Positions 8,691 through 18,228 of a stretch of 64,000 nucleotides of DNA are shown piece by piece. Origin of the DNA: an uncultured Dehalococcoidales bacterium (GTDB lineage Bacteria; Chloroflexota; Dehalococcoidia; Dehalococcoidales; BS750m-G39); NCBI GenBank assembly GCA_964396965.1, contig CAYNGD010000003.1, forward strand, positions 106 through 64,105, written 5' to 3'. Each line of letters opens with the position of its first letter. Position 1 is the first letter of the stretch. The notes below the pieces were generated by a model. It saw nothing but the letters and a program-made list of their open reading frames with translations, had not been told where the DNA came from and ran no database searches. The position numbers and the translations under genes are program-made.

Positions 8691-10750
8691 GCCTTCTCTT
8701 TTTCCGCCTGTCTCTCGGCGATAATCTTCTGGGCAACGTGGGCCGGCACCTCTTCGTAGTGGCTGAAGACCACCTTGTAGCTGCCCCGCCCCTGGGTTAT
8801 CGATTTCAGGTCGATGGCGTAGCGCAGTATTTCCGCCAGCGGCACCTGGGCTTCGATAATATTGACGCCTCCCCCGGGGTTCATCCCCTGCACCCGCGCC
8901 CGCTTGGTGTTGAGGTCGCCGATGATGTCGCCGGTGAACTCCTCGGGGACGGTGGCGGTGATGTTCATTATCGGCTCTAGCATTATCGGCTGCCCCTCGG
9001 TCATCCCTTTCCTGAGCGCCCCCGCCCCGGCAATCTTGAAGCATATCTCCGAGGAATCAACCGGGTGGAAGCTACCGTCGTAGACGGTTGCCCTGAGGTC
9101 GGTGACCGGGTAGTGCGCCAGCACCCCTTCCTTAAAGGCCTCGTTGACCCCCTTCTCCACCGCCGGTATGTAGTTCCTGGGTATGGCCCCGCCCACCACC
9201 TTATCGGCGAATTCGGTGCCGCTGCCCCTGGGCAGGGGCTCAAGCTCGAGCAGGACATGCCCGTACTGACCGTGCCCGCCCGTCTGCTTCTTGTGCTTGT
9301 ACTCGGCCTTGGCGCCGACGGTTATCGTCTCTTTGTAGGGGACTCTGGGTGTCTCCAGTGTTACCGCCACCCCGAACTTGCGCAGCATCTTTTCCGCCGC
9401 CACCTCCAGGTGTGACTCCCCCATGCCGGAGATAACCGTCTCGCCAGTATCAGTGTCACGGCGCACGTGCAGGGTTGGGTCTTCCTCAACTATCCGGGTT
9501 AAAGCTGACCCCAGCTTGTCCACGTCAGTCTTGGTCTTGGGATGCACCCCCAGGCTGAAGGCCGGCTCGGGGAACTCGATAGGGGCGATTGTTAGCGGCT
9601 TGTCCTGGCTGGTGAGGCTATCGCCAGTGCTGGTCAGGGCCAGCTTGGCCACCGCCCCGATGTCCCCCGCCCCCAGCTGGGGCACCGGCTCCTGGTTCTT
9701 GCCCCTCAATACGAAGAGCTGGCCGATGCGCTCGGCACCCTTGCGGCTGGCGTTCCAGACCTGCGAGTTGCTGCTGATGGCGCCGTTATAGACCCGGAGG
9801 TAGGTCAGCTTGCCCACGTAGGGGTCGGCGCTGGTCTTGAAGACCAGAGTCGCCAGCGGCCCGTCCGGGCTGGGCTCGGTCATCTGTCTGGTGGAATCGC
9901 TTAAGGTGACCACCTTGCCCTCTTTGGGCGAGGGCAGGTAGCCGCAGATGGCGTTAAGAAATAGCTTAAAGCCGATATCTTTCAGTGCCGAGCCGGTGAA
10001 GATGGGCACCAACTTGCTGCCCACCACCGCTTGCCGCAGGCCTCTACTCAGTTCCTCCTGGCTGAGTTCGCCCCCCTCCAGGTACTTCTCGATAAGCTTA
10101 TCATCGGCCTCGGCGGCGGCCTCTATCAGTTTCTCCCGGTAGGATTCGGCCTGCTTTTTGAGCGCTTCGGGCAGCTCGGCCTCTTTCCCCTCGGTGCCGG
10201 TATAGGCCTTCATGGTCAGCAGGTCAACTACACCCTCGAACTTGTCCTGGGCACCGATGGGCAGCTGTGCCGGCAGGCACCTTGGGCCGAACTTGGCCTG
10301 AATCTGCCCCACCGTTTTGTTGAAGTCGGCGTTCTCCCGGTCCATCTTGTTGATGAAGATAAGACGGGGCAGCTTGTCTTTTTCGCAGTAACCCCAGGTT
10401 ATCTCGGTGCCCACCTCGACCCCCGAGGCGGCGCAGACCATGATTATCGCCCCCTCGGCCACCCTCATGCTGGCCTTGACCTCGCCGACGAAGTCGGCAT
10501 AGCCGGGGGTGTCCAGCAGGTTAATCTTGATGTCCTGCCACTGGCAGGGGAGAATGGACAGGTTGATGCTTATCTGGCGCTTCACCTCGTTTTCGTCATA
10601 GTCCGAGGTGGTCGTCCCGTCCTCGGTCTTGCCCAGACGCTTGATGGCGCCGGCGTTAAACAGCATGGCCTCGGCGGCGGTGGTCTTGCCGGCGCCGCTG
10701 TGCGACAGCAGGACGACGTTGCGGATATTCTCCATTCCCTGTTTTGGCAT
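8687..10750 (-). CDS. fusA2: Elongation factor G paralogue (EF-G II type)
   Basis: SHSGAGKTT, RQISI in place of RGITI, DTPG, NKMD, KKQTGGHGQYG; outside the str operon. Confidence 0.9.
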   Translation of the reverse strand: MPKQGMENIRNVVLLSHSGAGKTTAAEAMLFNAGAIKRLGKTEDGTTTSDYDENEVKRQISINLSILPCQWQDIKINLLDTPGYADFVGEVKASMRVAEGAIIMVCAASGVEVGTEITWGYCEKDKLPRLIFINKMDRENADFNKTVGQIQAKFGPRCLPAQLPIGAQDKFEGVVDLLTMKAYTGTEGKEAELPEALKKQAESYREKLIEAAAEADDKLIEKYLEGGELSQEELSRGLRQAVVGSKLVPIFTGSALKDIGFKLFLNAICGYLPSPKEGKVVTLSDSTRQMTEPSPDGPLATLVFKTSADPYVGKLTYLRVYNGAISSNSQVWNASRKGAERIGQLFVLRGKNQEPVPQLGAGDIGAVAKLALTSTGDSLTSQDKPLTIAPIEFPEPAFSLGVHPKTKTDVDKLGSALTRIVEEDPTLHVRRDTDTGETVISGMGESHLEVAAEKMLRKFGVAVTLETPRVPYKETITVGAKAEYKHKKQTGGHGQYGHVLLELEPLPRGSGTEFADKVVGGAIPRNYIPAVEKGVNEAFKEGVLAHYPVTDLRATVYDGSFHPVDSSEICFKIAGAGALRKGMTEGQPIMLEPIMNITATVPEEFTGDIIGDLNTKRARVQGMNPGGGVNIIEAQVPLAEILRYAIDLKSITQGRGSYKVVFSHYEEVPAHVAQKIIAERQAEKEKA

Positions 10751-10822
10751 GGGGGCACCTACTCTCTAAAACTTAATCCAACAAGCTATTATACTCGGCG
10801 GTGGCTGATACGGCAAGTTTGG

Positions 10823-11677
10823 CTAGCGTGCCCGGCGTCGCTTTCTTCTTCCGAAAAGGGAGGGGACGAGCCAGAGGAAGAAGATTACGCCGAAAAAGGG
10901 GAGGGGTATGAAGAAAACGCCCCCACCCCCACCACCATTCCCGCTGCTGCCCTCGGAAACGGCCACCAGGGGCGGCGCCGAAGGCCCCGAGGTTGTTACC
11001 GCTTCCGGGGTTATCTCGTAGGCGGCCAGGTTGACGTCGAGGAAATCCTTGGAGGTCCAGCCCAGCGGGTTGTTCTTGCCGGTGGCCTCGGCCCAGACCC
11101 AGCCCGGCTCGCCGTTAACCTCGAAAAGAATGGGTGCCTTGGTGTAGTCGGGGAGATAGACCAGACAGGCGGTGTGCTCCTCGCCGATGACTATCGCCGA
11201 GCGGTAGCCGGCCCCCTTGTACATCACCGCCAGCAGCACGGTGCTGTCCTCGCAGTCGCCGTAGCCGGCCCGGCCCCCCTCGATAATGGCCGCCATCTCG
11301 TCGGCGTTCTGGGCGAACTCGTCGTGACCGAACTGGTCGATATCGGTGGTGTATTTAACCCGGTCCCTCACGAAGCTGAATATGGCCTCCGCCTGCCGGA
11401 TGGGGTCGGCGTAGTTCTGGGCGAACTGCTCGCCCAGTTGGTAGGCCTGAGCGGCGTTGTCACCCAGGCTCTCGAAGGCAATCACCGGGCGGAAGGTACT
11501 ATCGGAAATCTGGTAGAAGCCGTCGTTGCCGAAGGCGCGGGTGCGGCATATCTCCCAGTCGTCGAAGACATCGCCGTTTTTCTCGGTGAAATGCTGGGAG
11601 GGAGACGCCCAGGCGTAGCCGGCGGAGAGCAGGCTGGCCAGCAGAACCAGGCCGATTATGATGGCGACCCTTTTCAT
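10823..11677 (-). CDS. Secreted transglutaminase-like cysteine protease-fold protein with C-terminal membrane anchor
   Basis: Signal peptide; GDCED, EEHTAC and WAEAT putative triad; Gly-rich linker, TM, RRKRRRAR. Confidence 0.75.
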   Translation of the reverse strand: MKRVAIIIGLVLLASLLSAGYAWASPSQHFTEKNGDVFDDWEICRTRAFGNDGFYQISDSTFRPVIAFESLGDNAAQAYQLGEQFAQNYADPIRQAEAIFSFVRDRVKYTTDIDQFGHDEFAQNADEMAAIIEGGRAGYGDCEDSTVLLAVMYKGAGYRSAIVIGEEHTACLVYLPDYTKAPILFEVNGEPGWVWAEATGKNNPLGWTSKDFLDVNLAAYEITPEAVTTSGPSAPPLVAVSEGSSGNGGGGGGVFFIPLPFFGVIFFLWLVPSLFGRRKRRRAR

Positions 11678-12159
11678 AGCGGCGCAGTCAGGGCGGCGTG
11701 GAGGATGAGGCCGAAGAAGACCAGGTAGCCGAAGACCTGTATCCCCGCCGCCACCGGGCTTTTACTGATGCTGGCGAAGGGTATCCGGGGCGTCAGCTTA
11801 TCTATGATATAGAACATAGCTACCCCGACGAACAGGCTCACCACAAAGCTTATCGCCAGCAGCCCCCAGCTCCTGAAGTCGAAGATGTACCAGACAATGG
11901 GTGCGGTGACGGCGGTGAGGGCGGTAACGGCGCCATGGATGACCAGCCCGATGAGAATGAAGAAGCCACCGATGAACAGTCCGGTGGCCACCGGGTCCTC
12001 GCCGATGAGTTCGCGTTGGGTGATTTGGGGGGTGAGGACGTCGAACACCCGCACCCCGAGGAGGGCCAGCAGCCCGGAGATGAAGGCCAGCAGCACCACC
12101 TTGGCCAGCCATATCAGCACGATTACCCAGAAAGGGGCGACCAGACCGAGCTCATTCAT
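11674..12159 (-). CDS. Four-TM membrane protein (DUF350-like)
   Basis: Two hydrophobic repeats (GEDPVATGLFIGG / SKSPVAAGIQVFG); 4-bp overlap with downstream gene. Confidence 0.6.
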   Translation of the reverse strand: MNELGLVAPFWVIVLIWLAKVVLLAFISGLLALLGVRVFDVLTPQITQRELIGEDPVATGLFIGGFFILIGLVIHGAVTALTAVTAPIVWYIFDFRSWGLLAISFVVSLFVGVAMFYIIDKLTPRIPFASISKSPVAAGIQVFGYLVFFGLILHAALTAPL

Positions 12160-12177
12160 AGCGTCTCCTCCTTGTCG

Positions 12178-12729
12178 TTAGCGGCCTATCAGCAGCGGGG
12201 TGAGGTAGGTCTCGATGGCCGCCGCGGGCAGCATCAGGGCCAGCGCCAGGCCCAGATAGAACAGGTTCTGCCGCAGGCTGGGCAGAAGCAGCCCCCGCTT
12301 TTCCTTTTTGAACAGGGCAATCACCACCATAATGCCGAAGCTGAGCGCCGCCGCCTCCCCGATGAACAGGGCGGGTAGCTCGATGACGCCATGAGGCAGC
12401 AGTCCAGCCAGGACAAAGCCCAGTGACTTCTGCTGCGCGACCATGGTTGACACCAGCCCCAGAATCCAGCCGTTGAGAAACAGGGTGGCCACGGGTATTA
12501 TCGCCAGAATGGGGCTGAAGGCGAAGCTGAAAAGCAGGGTGATAACGTTCTTGATAAAGATAAAGATAAACATGGTGAAGGTGAAGGGGGTCAGGATTCC
12601 CCCCAGTTGCTCCAGGCTGATGAGCTCCTGGGAGAGCAGGCTGGAGATGTTGGCCGGGTCAGCCAGGCCGAAGGCTAGGCCGGCGCCGAACAGGGCGACG
12701 GCGATAACAATCCACCACCGGTATCTCAT
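12178..12729 (-). CDS. Stage II sporulation protein M family membrane protein
   Basis: IFIKNV, LNGWILG, LLPHGVIELPA, AAIETYLTP. Confidence 0.88.
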   Translation of the reverse strand: MRYRWWIVIAVALFGAGLAFGLADPANISSLLSQELISLEQLGGILTPFTFTMFIFIFIKNVITLLFSFAFSPILAIIPVATLFLNGWILGLVSTMVAQQKSLGFVLAGLLPHGVIELPALFIGEAAALSFGIMVVIALFKKEKRGLLLPSLRQNLFYLGLALALMLPAAAIETYLTPLLIGR

Positions 12730-13313
12730 GCTGGCTCAGCCTTTTTGACGCCGAACTTATCGTAGAAGACGATTTCGGCTAGCTCCTTCCTGGGCCTGGG
12801 GTTGGGCGTTTCATCGGGGTAGCCCAGCGGTGTCATCGAGACGACGACAAAGCCCTCGGGCACCCCCAGAATCTCGGCTACCTTAATAGCATCAAAGGCG
12901 CCGATGTGGACCGTGCCCAGCCCCAGGGCGTGGGCGGCCAGCGTCAGGTTCTGCACGGCCAGGGCCACGTCATACATGTACCAGTCGCCCTTATCGGTGA
13001 CCGGCCCCCTTGGCTCTCTGGTGGAGTAGCCCGACTTCCTCAGCTCGGCGCAGGCGACGATGGTCACCGGCGCGGTTCTTAGCGCTTCGGCGCCCCGATT
13101 GGCCTTACCTCTGGTCACCTCAATGGTGGTATCGGCCAGCTTATTCCTTAGCCGGCTGTCCCGCACCACGATAAACCGCCAGCATTGGCTGTTATGCCAG
13201 GACGGCGCCTGGCGGGCGGCTTCCAGGACTAGCTCCAGTGTCTTATCGTCAACCGGCCTGGTCTGATACCGGCGGATGCTTCTCCGGCCCTTAATTGCTT
13301 CCATAATTTCCAT
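12726..13313 (-). CDS. Nitroreductase family protein
   Basis: RRSIRRY, APSWHNSQCWRF, LGLGT, LGYP. Confidence 0.92.
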   Translation of the reverse strand: MEIMEAIKGRRSIRRYQTRPVDDKTLELVLEAARQAPSWHNSQCWRFIVVRDSRLRNKLADTTIEVTRGKANRGAEALRTAPVTIVACAELRKSGYSTREPRGPVTDKGDWYMYDVALAVQNLTLAAHALGLGTVHIGAFDAIKVAEILGVPEGFVVVSMTPLGYPDETPNPRPRKELAEIVFYDKFGVKKAEPA

Positions 13314-13325
13314 ATCGTTCTCCTT

Positions 13326-13967
13326 TTATTCCTCTTCTTCCCAGGCGCCCCTGCCGATTAAAGAGACGAAGCGGCAGCCGCCCAGGTTATCTATCTTGTT
13401 CTTATTCCGGCCCCGGGTAATCTTGCACAGATCCTGGACATAGCGGGAGCCCACCGGAATCACCAGCCTCCCCCCGATGGCCAGCTGGGCGATTAGCTCG
13501 GGCGGCACCTTGGGGGCGGCGGCGGTAGCCATGATGGCGTCATAGGGAGCCTCACGCCGCCAGCCCAGTGTTTCCTCGGCCAAATGCACCTCAATATTTT
13601 TATAGCCCAGCTCAACCAGCAGCTTCTTAGCCCGGTCAGCTAAGGGCTTGACCCGCTCGGTGGTAATCACCCTCTTGGCCAGTTGAGCCAGGATAGCCGC
13701 CTGATAACCGCTGCCGGTGCCTATCTCCAGGACCTTCTCCTGGCCGGTAAGCTCCAGCGCCTGGGTCATCAGGGCGATAATAAACGGCTGGGAGATGGTC
13801 TGCCCGTAGCCGATGGGCAGCGGTTTATCGGCGTAGGCCAGCTGGCGGCTCTCCGGGGGTACGAAGAGTTCCCTGGGGATGGCGCCCATGGCCGCCAGTA
13901 CCTGCTTATTCTTAATCTCGGCGCCAAGTTGCTTGATTAACTCCGCCCTGGCCGCTGCAAAATCCAT
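13326..13967 (-). CDS. pcm: Protein-L-isoaspartate O-methyltransferase
   Basis: QTISQP, LEIGTGSGYQAA, APYDAI; start placed at ATG 13967 (MDFAAARA). Confidence 0.93.
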   Translation of the reverse strand: MDFAAARAELIKQLGAEIKNKQVLAAMGAIPRELFVPPESRQLAYADKPLPIGYGQTISQPFIIALMTQALELTGQEKVLEIGTGSGYQAAILAQLAKRVITTERVKPLADRAKKLLVELGYKNIEVHLAEETLGWRREAPYDAIMATAAAPKVPPELIAQLAIGGRLVIPVGSRYVQDLCKITRGRNKNKIDNLGGCRFVSLIGRGAWEEEE

Positions 13968-13993
13968 AATAGCCGCCCCCACCGGTCCCGGTT

Positions 13994-14287
13994 TCAAGAG
14001 AGAGTCAGGGCCAGAATCACCAGAATAACCACTATTGCCCCGGCCAATATGCCGATCCGGCGCAGCTCGGCGGCTACGTCAGCGGACTGGACCGCCACCG
14101 CCGGGGCCTTCGGTTTTGGCGCTAGTGACGCTGGCTTCCCGGCCATGGGGGTCGGCTTAACCGCCTCGGCCGCTACTGGTGCCTGAACCGCCGGTGCCTG
14201 AACCGCCGGTGCCTTAACCACCGCTGAGGTAAAGGTCTTCCTGCCTTTTCTCTTGCCCCGCTGTCGGCCCCGCCTTGATTTAGGCAT
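13994..14287 (-). CDS. Small hypothetical membrane protein with basic N-terminus and Ala/Pro linker
   Basis: MPKSRRGRQRGKRKGRK start, APAVQ repeats, C-terminal TM; overlaps xerD stop. Confidence 0.7.
   Translation of the reverse strand: MPKSRRGRQRGKRKGRKTFTSAVVKAPAVQAPAVQAPVAAEAVKPTPMAGKPASLAPKPKAPAVAVQSADVAAELRRIGILAGAIVVILVILALTLS
14178..14222. repeat. In-frame 15-bp tandem repeat, 3 copies
   Basis: GGTGCCTGAACCGCC x2 plus GGTGCCTTAACCACC; encodes AVKAP/AVQAP. Confidence 0.85.
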
Positions 14288-15203
14288 CTGCTACCTCCTG
14301 TCTCGCCCTCGGGTGAGATCTTTCATAGGCGCGCCGGACGTGTTCCGTGGTCAGGTGGGTATAGACCTGGGTGGTCGATATATTGGCGTGCCCCAGCAGC
14401 TCCTGCACCGACCTCAGGTCCGCCCCGCCGCTTAACATATGGGTGGCGAAGCTGTGCCTCAGGGTGTGGGGGGTAATCTCCACGCCCAGCTTGGCTGATT
14501 TGGCGTAGCCCTTCAGTATCTGCCACAGCCCCTGCCGGGTCAGCCTCTCGCCGCGCCGGTTGAGGAAGAGGGCCTCTTCCCCACTGCCGGCTTTCAGCCT
14601 AGGGCGGCCCTGGTTCAGGTAGTCTTTAAGCGCGGCTACCGCCTGGCTGTGGATGGGGATGAGCCTTTCCTTGCCCCCCTTACCGAAGCAGCGCACGTAG
14701 CCGCCGCCGGTATCAATATCGTTCAGGTTCAGCGAGACCAGTTCGCTTACCCTCATGCCGCTGGCGTAGAGCAGGTGCAGCATGGCCTTATCCCTCTTGG
14801 CTTCGGGCGTGTCCCTCTTTTCCGTCTCCTCCAGCAGCTGGCGGGCCTGGGTGATTGAGATTGGCTTGGGCAGCGCCCGGCCCACCCTGGGGGAGGGCAC
14901 ATCACGCGTCGGGTTTTCCTTTACCAGCCCCTCCGACGTCAGGAAGTTGAAGAAGGACTTGACCGCGGCCACCTTGCGGGCGACGGTGGTAGCGGCGTAG
15001 CGCCTCTCCTTGAGGTTGGTCAAATAACTCAGGATGGACTGCCGGTCAAAAGCCGTCCAGGGGGTAGTGGCGCCCCCCTTGGCCGATTCTTCCAGAAAGC
15101 CGGTAAACTGGTTCAGGTCATTCTCATAGGCTAGTATGGTGTTCTGGGAAAAGCCCTTTTCCACCTCTAGGTATTTTAGGAATTTATCAATCTCTTCTTT
15201 CAC
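14280..15203 (-). CDS. xerD: Site-specific tyrosine recombinase XerD
   Basis: ASGMRVSEL, GKGGKER, HTLRHSFATH, LLGHANISTTQVY. Confidence 0.92.
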   Translation of the reverse strand: MKEEIDKFLKYLEVEKGFSQNTILAYENDLNQFTGFLEESAKGGATTPWTAFDRQSILSYLTNLKERRYAATTVARKVAAVKSFFNFLTSEGLVKENPTRDVPSPRVGRALPKPISITQARQLLEETEKRDTPEAKRDKAMLHLLYASGMRVSELVSLNLNDIDTGGGYVRCFGKGGKERLIPIHSQAVAALKDYLNQGRPRLKAGSGEEALFLNRRGERLTRQGLWQILKGYAKSAKLGVEITPHTLRHSFATHMLSGGADLRSVQELLGHANISTTQVYTHLTTEHVRRAYERSHPRARQEVADA

Positions 15204-15341
15204 CGTGCCTCCTCGCTGCTAATGGGTTTTAGGTTATTTTAACATATCAATATGTGAGGCTACAAGATTTATGTCTAGTTTTTGAGGGTAAGCCACACCT
15301 AGAGGCCTTATTACAGAGAAGGGGAGGGGGCGATAGGGAGA

Positions 15342-15370
15342 TTGACAAAGCATAAAAGGAAGGCTAGACT
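15342..15370 (+). promoter_or_regulatory. Sigma70-type promoter of GYD gene
   Basis: TTGACA-17-TAGACT. Confidence 0.6.
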
Positions 15371-15414
15371 AAAGCCCCAATATTGGGGGGAGATAAGATA
15401 CTAGGAGGTGTGAC

Positions 15415-15702
15415 ATGGGAACTTATATCATTCTCAGCCGAGTTTCTCCAGAGGCTTTTAGAACTTCAAAGGACCTTAAGCAAGCAGCCGAAACAGTTTT
15501 AGCTAAGCTTAAAAGCGAATGCCCTGGTGTTATTTGGAAGGATAGTTACGCTACTATGGGGCGCTATGACTTTGTGGATACCGTTGTGTCAGATGACCCG
15601 AAGAAGGTTGAGAAAGCAGCAATGATTATCCGTGCTTACGGACATTCGACAACCGAAACATTGCTGGCCACGCCGTGGAAAGAGTTTATAGCCAGCCTTT
15701 AG
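15415..15702 (+). CDS. GYD domain-containing protein
   Basis: YATMGRYDFV motif; SD AGGAGG; AT-richer than neighbours. Confidence 0.85.
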   Translation: MGTYIILSRVSPEAFRTSKDLKQAAETVLAKLKSECPGVIWKDSYATMGRYDFVDTVVSDDPKKVEKAAMIIRAYGHSTTETLLATPWKEFIASL

Positions 15703-15741
15703 CCGCATTGGGAGCGATTTTAACATAATCAGAAAGAAAAT

Positions 15742-16530
15742 TCAGCCAGCGCCCGCCGTTCCTATCAGTTCGGCGATAGTCTTATCGCCGCTTGTTTGGG
15801 GATAGAATTTCAGGCTGGTCCCCCAGTGCGGGTCGGGCCCTATACCGGCCACCGCTTCCCCTATCGTCATCTTTTGTGTACACAGGCTGGTGATGAGCTC
15901 GGCGGTGGCAGGGTCAACGTAGCCCAGGTCAACGCTGCCGTCCCAGCCCAGGTAGGCTGACGCTCCCTTCAGGGTAAAGGCGGCGGCCATATCGGTGTGG
16001 TAGGTACAGGAGCAGCCCATCATGATTATCACCGTGTTGTCGAAGCGCCCCTCCGTCTTTTCCAGGATGAACTTGGAGTTGACGGCGAAGACCAGGGGAA
16101 AGTCCGCCTCTATTTCCGCCGGCAGTAGCTGGTCGTCAAGCTGCTCGCGGACATAGCTGGACTGTTTGTATTCCTCAGCGGTGAACAGGTAGGTGTCCTG
16201 CTTTACCCCCACCACCTCCGAGCCCTCCTCCGCCTTGAGCAGCCCGGCGTGGGCGCGGAAGATTATCAGCTTATAGCCGTATTTGGGCAGCCTTTGGTAG
16301 AGCTTTACGCTGACCTCTTTGCCCGTGTAAACGTCCACCTTGAAGCCGGCGGCTTCGAGTTCGGCGGTGACTTGGTTGATGAAAGCCTGGTTCGGCTCTA
16401 AAACGGCCAGCTGGTCAACGATGGCGGCTTTGGGGCCTGAGTCGGGGTGGGGCTGGGGGCAGCCGGCGACTAGAATCAGCCCCGGCAGGACCAGAGCTAA
16501 CACCGCCAGGGCGATGAAGTAGCGCTTCAC
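15742..16530 (-). CDS. Hypothetical lipoprotein, possible caspase/gingipain-like fold
   Basis: Lipobox LVAGC; IIFRAHAG and IIMMGCS segments; AYLGW. Confidence 0.55.
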   Translation of the reverse strand: MKRYFIALAVLALVLPGLILVAGCPQPHPDSGPKAAIVDQLAVLEPNQAFINQVTAELEAAGFKVDVYTGKEVSVKLYQRLPKYGYKLIIFRAHAGLLKAEEGSEVVGVKQDTYLFTAEEYKQSSYVREQLDDQLLPAEIEADFPLVFAVNSKFILEKTEGRFDNTVIIMMGCSCTYHTDMAAAFTLKGASAYLGWDGSVDLGYVDPATAELITSLCTQKMTIGEAVAGIGPDPHWGTSLKFYPQTSGDKTIAELIGTAGAG

Positions 16531-18098
16531 AGTTTTTTGGGTCTATTGGCTCGCCTTATTAAAATCAAACAGCCGGCAGTTAAAGCCAGGAGGAGGGCGG
16601 CGCTTAAGATGAGCCAGGGCAGCAGCAGGGCTGCCTTATCTACGGGATAGACCGTACCCCCTACCGTTCCGCCAGACGGTGGGGGTGGCGGTGAAGTAGT
16701 CAGATGGAAGGCAACAGCGCCGCCGTTGGCTACCGCCCAGCCGCTGATGGCACCCCACTTGTCGGTGGACATCACCCGCCAGTAATAGTCACCGTCAGGG
16801 AGGGTCTGCCCCTCGCTGCCCGCAGTGTATGTCCCGCTCCCCTCGGCTTGTCCCACGGTGAAGCTGGCTGGCCCCTGGGCGAGCAGCTCCGAGGTGTAGT
16901 AGACTACCGGAGACGAGAAACCGGAGTCATTATCTATCTGGATGGTGTACTGGACGGTATCGTAGGTGTTAGGGTCGCTCTGGGTGAAGGTTAGTTCAGG
17001 GGTATTATCATTAACCGAGCTTCCGTCCACACATTCGGGTGGGCCCAGGTTGGTGGGGGTGTTGGGGGGGGCGTTGGCAAAGTATTCGTCGGCGCCGATG
17101 TCCACAATGGGTGAGGCGGCGTCCTCCCAGATGCGGGGGTCGCCCTCAAAGTCGGTGGTAAGCCAGCCCGGCACGGCGGCGTTGTCCCCGGCGTCAATGC
17201 AGGGGGAGGTGGCTTGGAGGTGGTAGTCGCCGCCGCCGACAAGTTGGGGGTCGGTGGTGAGACCGTTGCTTGATGTGCAGTTGACCAGGGTATTGCTGTA
17301 GATATCGTTGTAGTTAATGGTAAGGGTGGGGGTAAGACAGTATATTCCACTGCCGCTAGTTGCCGAGTTACTGGCAATGATGTTATTGGTAACGGTGGGT
17401 ACGGCTGAGCTGCCATCAACATAGATAGCGCCGCCGTTGCTGCCGGCCGTGTTGCTGACGATGGTGTTATTGATGATGGTGGGTTGGGAGGTGCTGCTGA
17501 TGTAGATGGCGCCGCCGTTGCTGGCGGCCGTGTTGCCAGTGATAATGCAGTTGGCGATGGTTGGGAAGGAGAGAGACCGGCAGCCGATGGCACCGCCGGT
17601 GCCGTAGGAGGTGTTGTTCTCGAAAACGCAATTAATTATCCTTGGTGAGGCGGGATTATTGATAATATAAATCCCGGCACCCCCGCTACCCGCTTCGTTG
17701 CCGGTGAAGATGCAGTTGCTCACCGTCGGCGAGCCGCCGTCGTCGTGCATCCCGCCGCCGAAGCTAGCCGCGCCGCCGGTGATGGTGAAGCCGTCGAGGG
17801 TGGTCGTCGAGTTAATGCTACCGACGTTAACCACCGAGGTAGAGCCGGTGCCCTGAATAGTGGTGGTGGCGGCCCCTGCCCCCAGCACCGATACCCCGTT
17901 TTTCAGGGTGATGTCCTCATTGTAGGTGCCGGCAGCCACATATATAGTATCTCCGGAGGAAGCAGCGGTAATGGCTGCTTGGATGGTGGTATAGTCACCC
18001 GGGACGTTGTAGCTTGCTCCCTGCGCTGGCAGTGCTATCACCAGGCTGAAGCTCAACACCAGCCCCAGGGCGAGCAGGATGCTCAGCAACCGCCTCAT
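16527..18098 (-). CDS. Secreted right-handed beta-helix (pectin lyase-like/DUF1565) surface protein with Ig/Fn3-like domain and C-terminal anchor
   Basis: Signal peptide, VPGDYTTIQAAI, repeated GGAIY/NNTIVSN, SPCIDAG, YYWRV, C-terminal TM with basic tail. Confidence 0.8.
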   Translation of the reverse strand: MRRLLSILLALGLVLSFSLVIALPAQGASYNVPGDYTTIQAAITAASSGDTIYVAAGTYNEDITLKNGVSVLGAGAATTTIQGTGSTSVVNVGSINSTTTLDGFTITGGAASFGGGMHDDGGSPTVSNCIFTGNEAGSGGAGIYIINNPASPRIINCVFENNTSYGTGGAIGCRSLSFPTIANCIITGNTAASNGGAIYISSTSQPTIINNTIVSNTAGSNGGAIYVDGSSAVPTVTNNIIASNSATSGSGIYCLTPTLTINYNDIYSNTLVNCTSSNGLTTDPQLVGGGDYHLQATSPCIDAGDNAAVPGWLTTDFEGDPRIWEDAASPIVDIGADEYFANAPPNTPTNLGPPECVDGSSVNDNTPELTFTQSDPNTYDTVQYTIQIDNDSGFSSPVVYYTSELLAQGPASFTVGQAEGSGTYTAGSEGQTLPDGDYYWRVMSTDKWGAISGWAVANGGAVAFHLTTSPPPPPSGGTVGGTVYPVDKAALLLPWLILSAALLLALTAGCLILIRRANRPKKL

Positions 18099-18228
18099 TT
18101 GAACCCCCCTTGATTTGCTTATGTTCTATGATATACCAAAAGGTGGATTTGTCAAGTTTAGTGAGGAGACATCTGTCAACAGCGGTAGAGCTTTGCCCTT
18201 ATCCTGGGCTGTGCTACAATAAATCTGT

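Noticed and set aside
10031-11728. 565-aa plus-strand ORF
   Set aside because: Antisense shadow of fusA2 and the transglutaminase-like gene; no motifs; expected in GC-rich DNA
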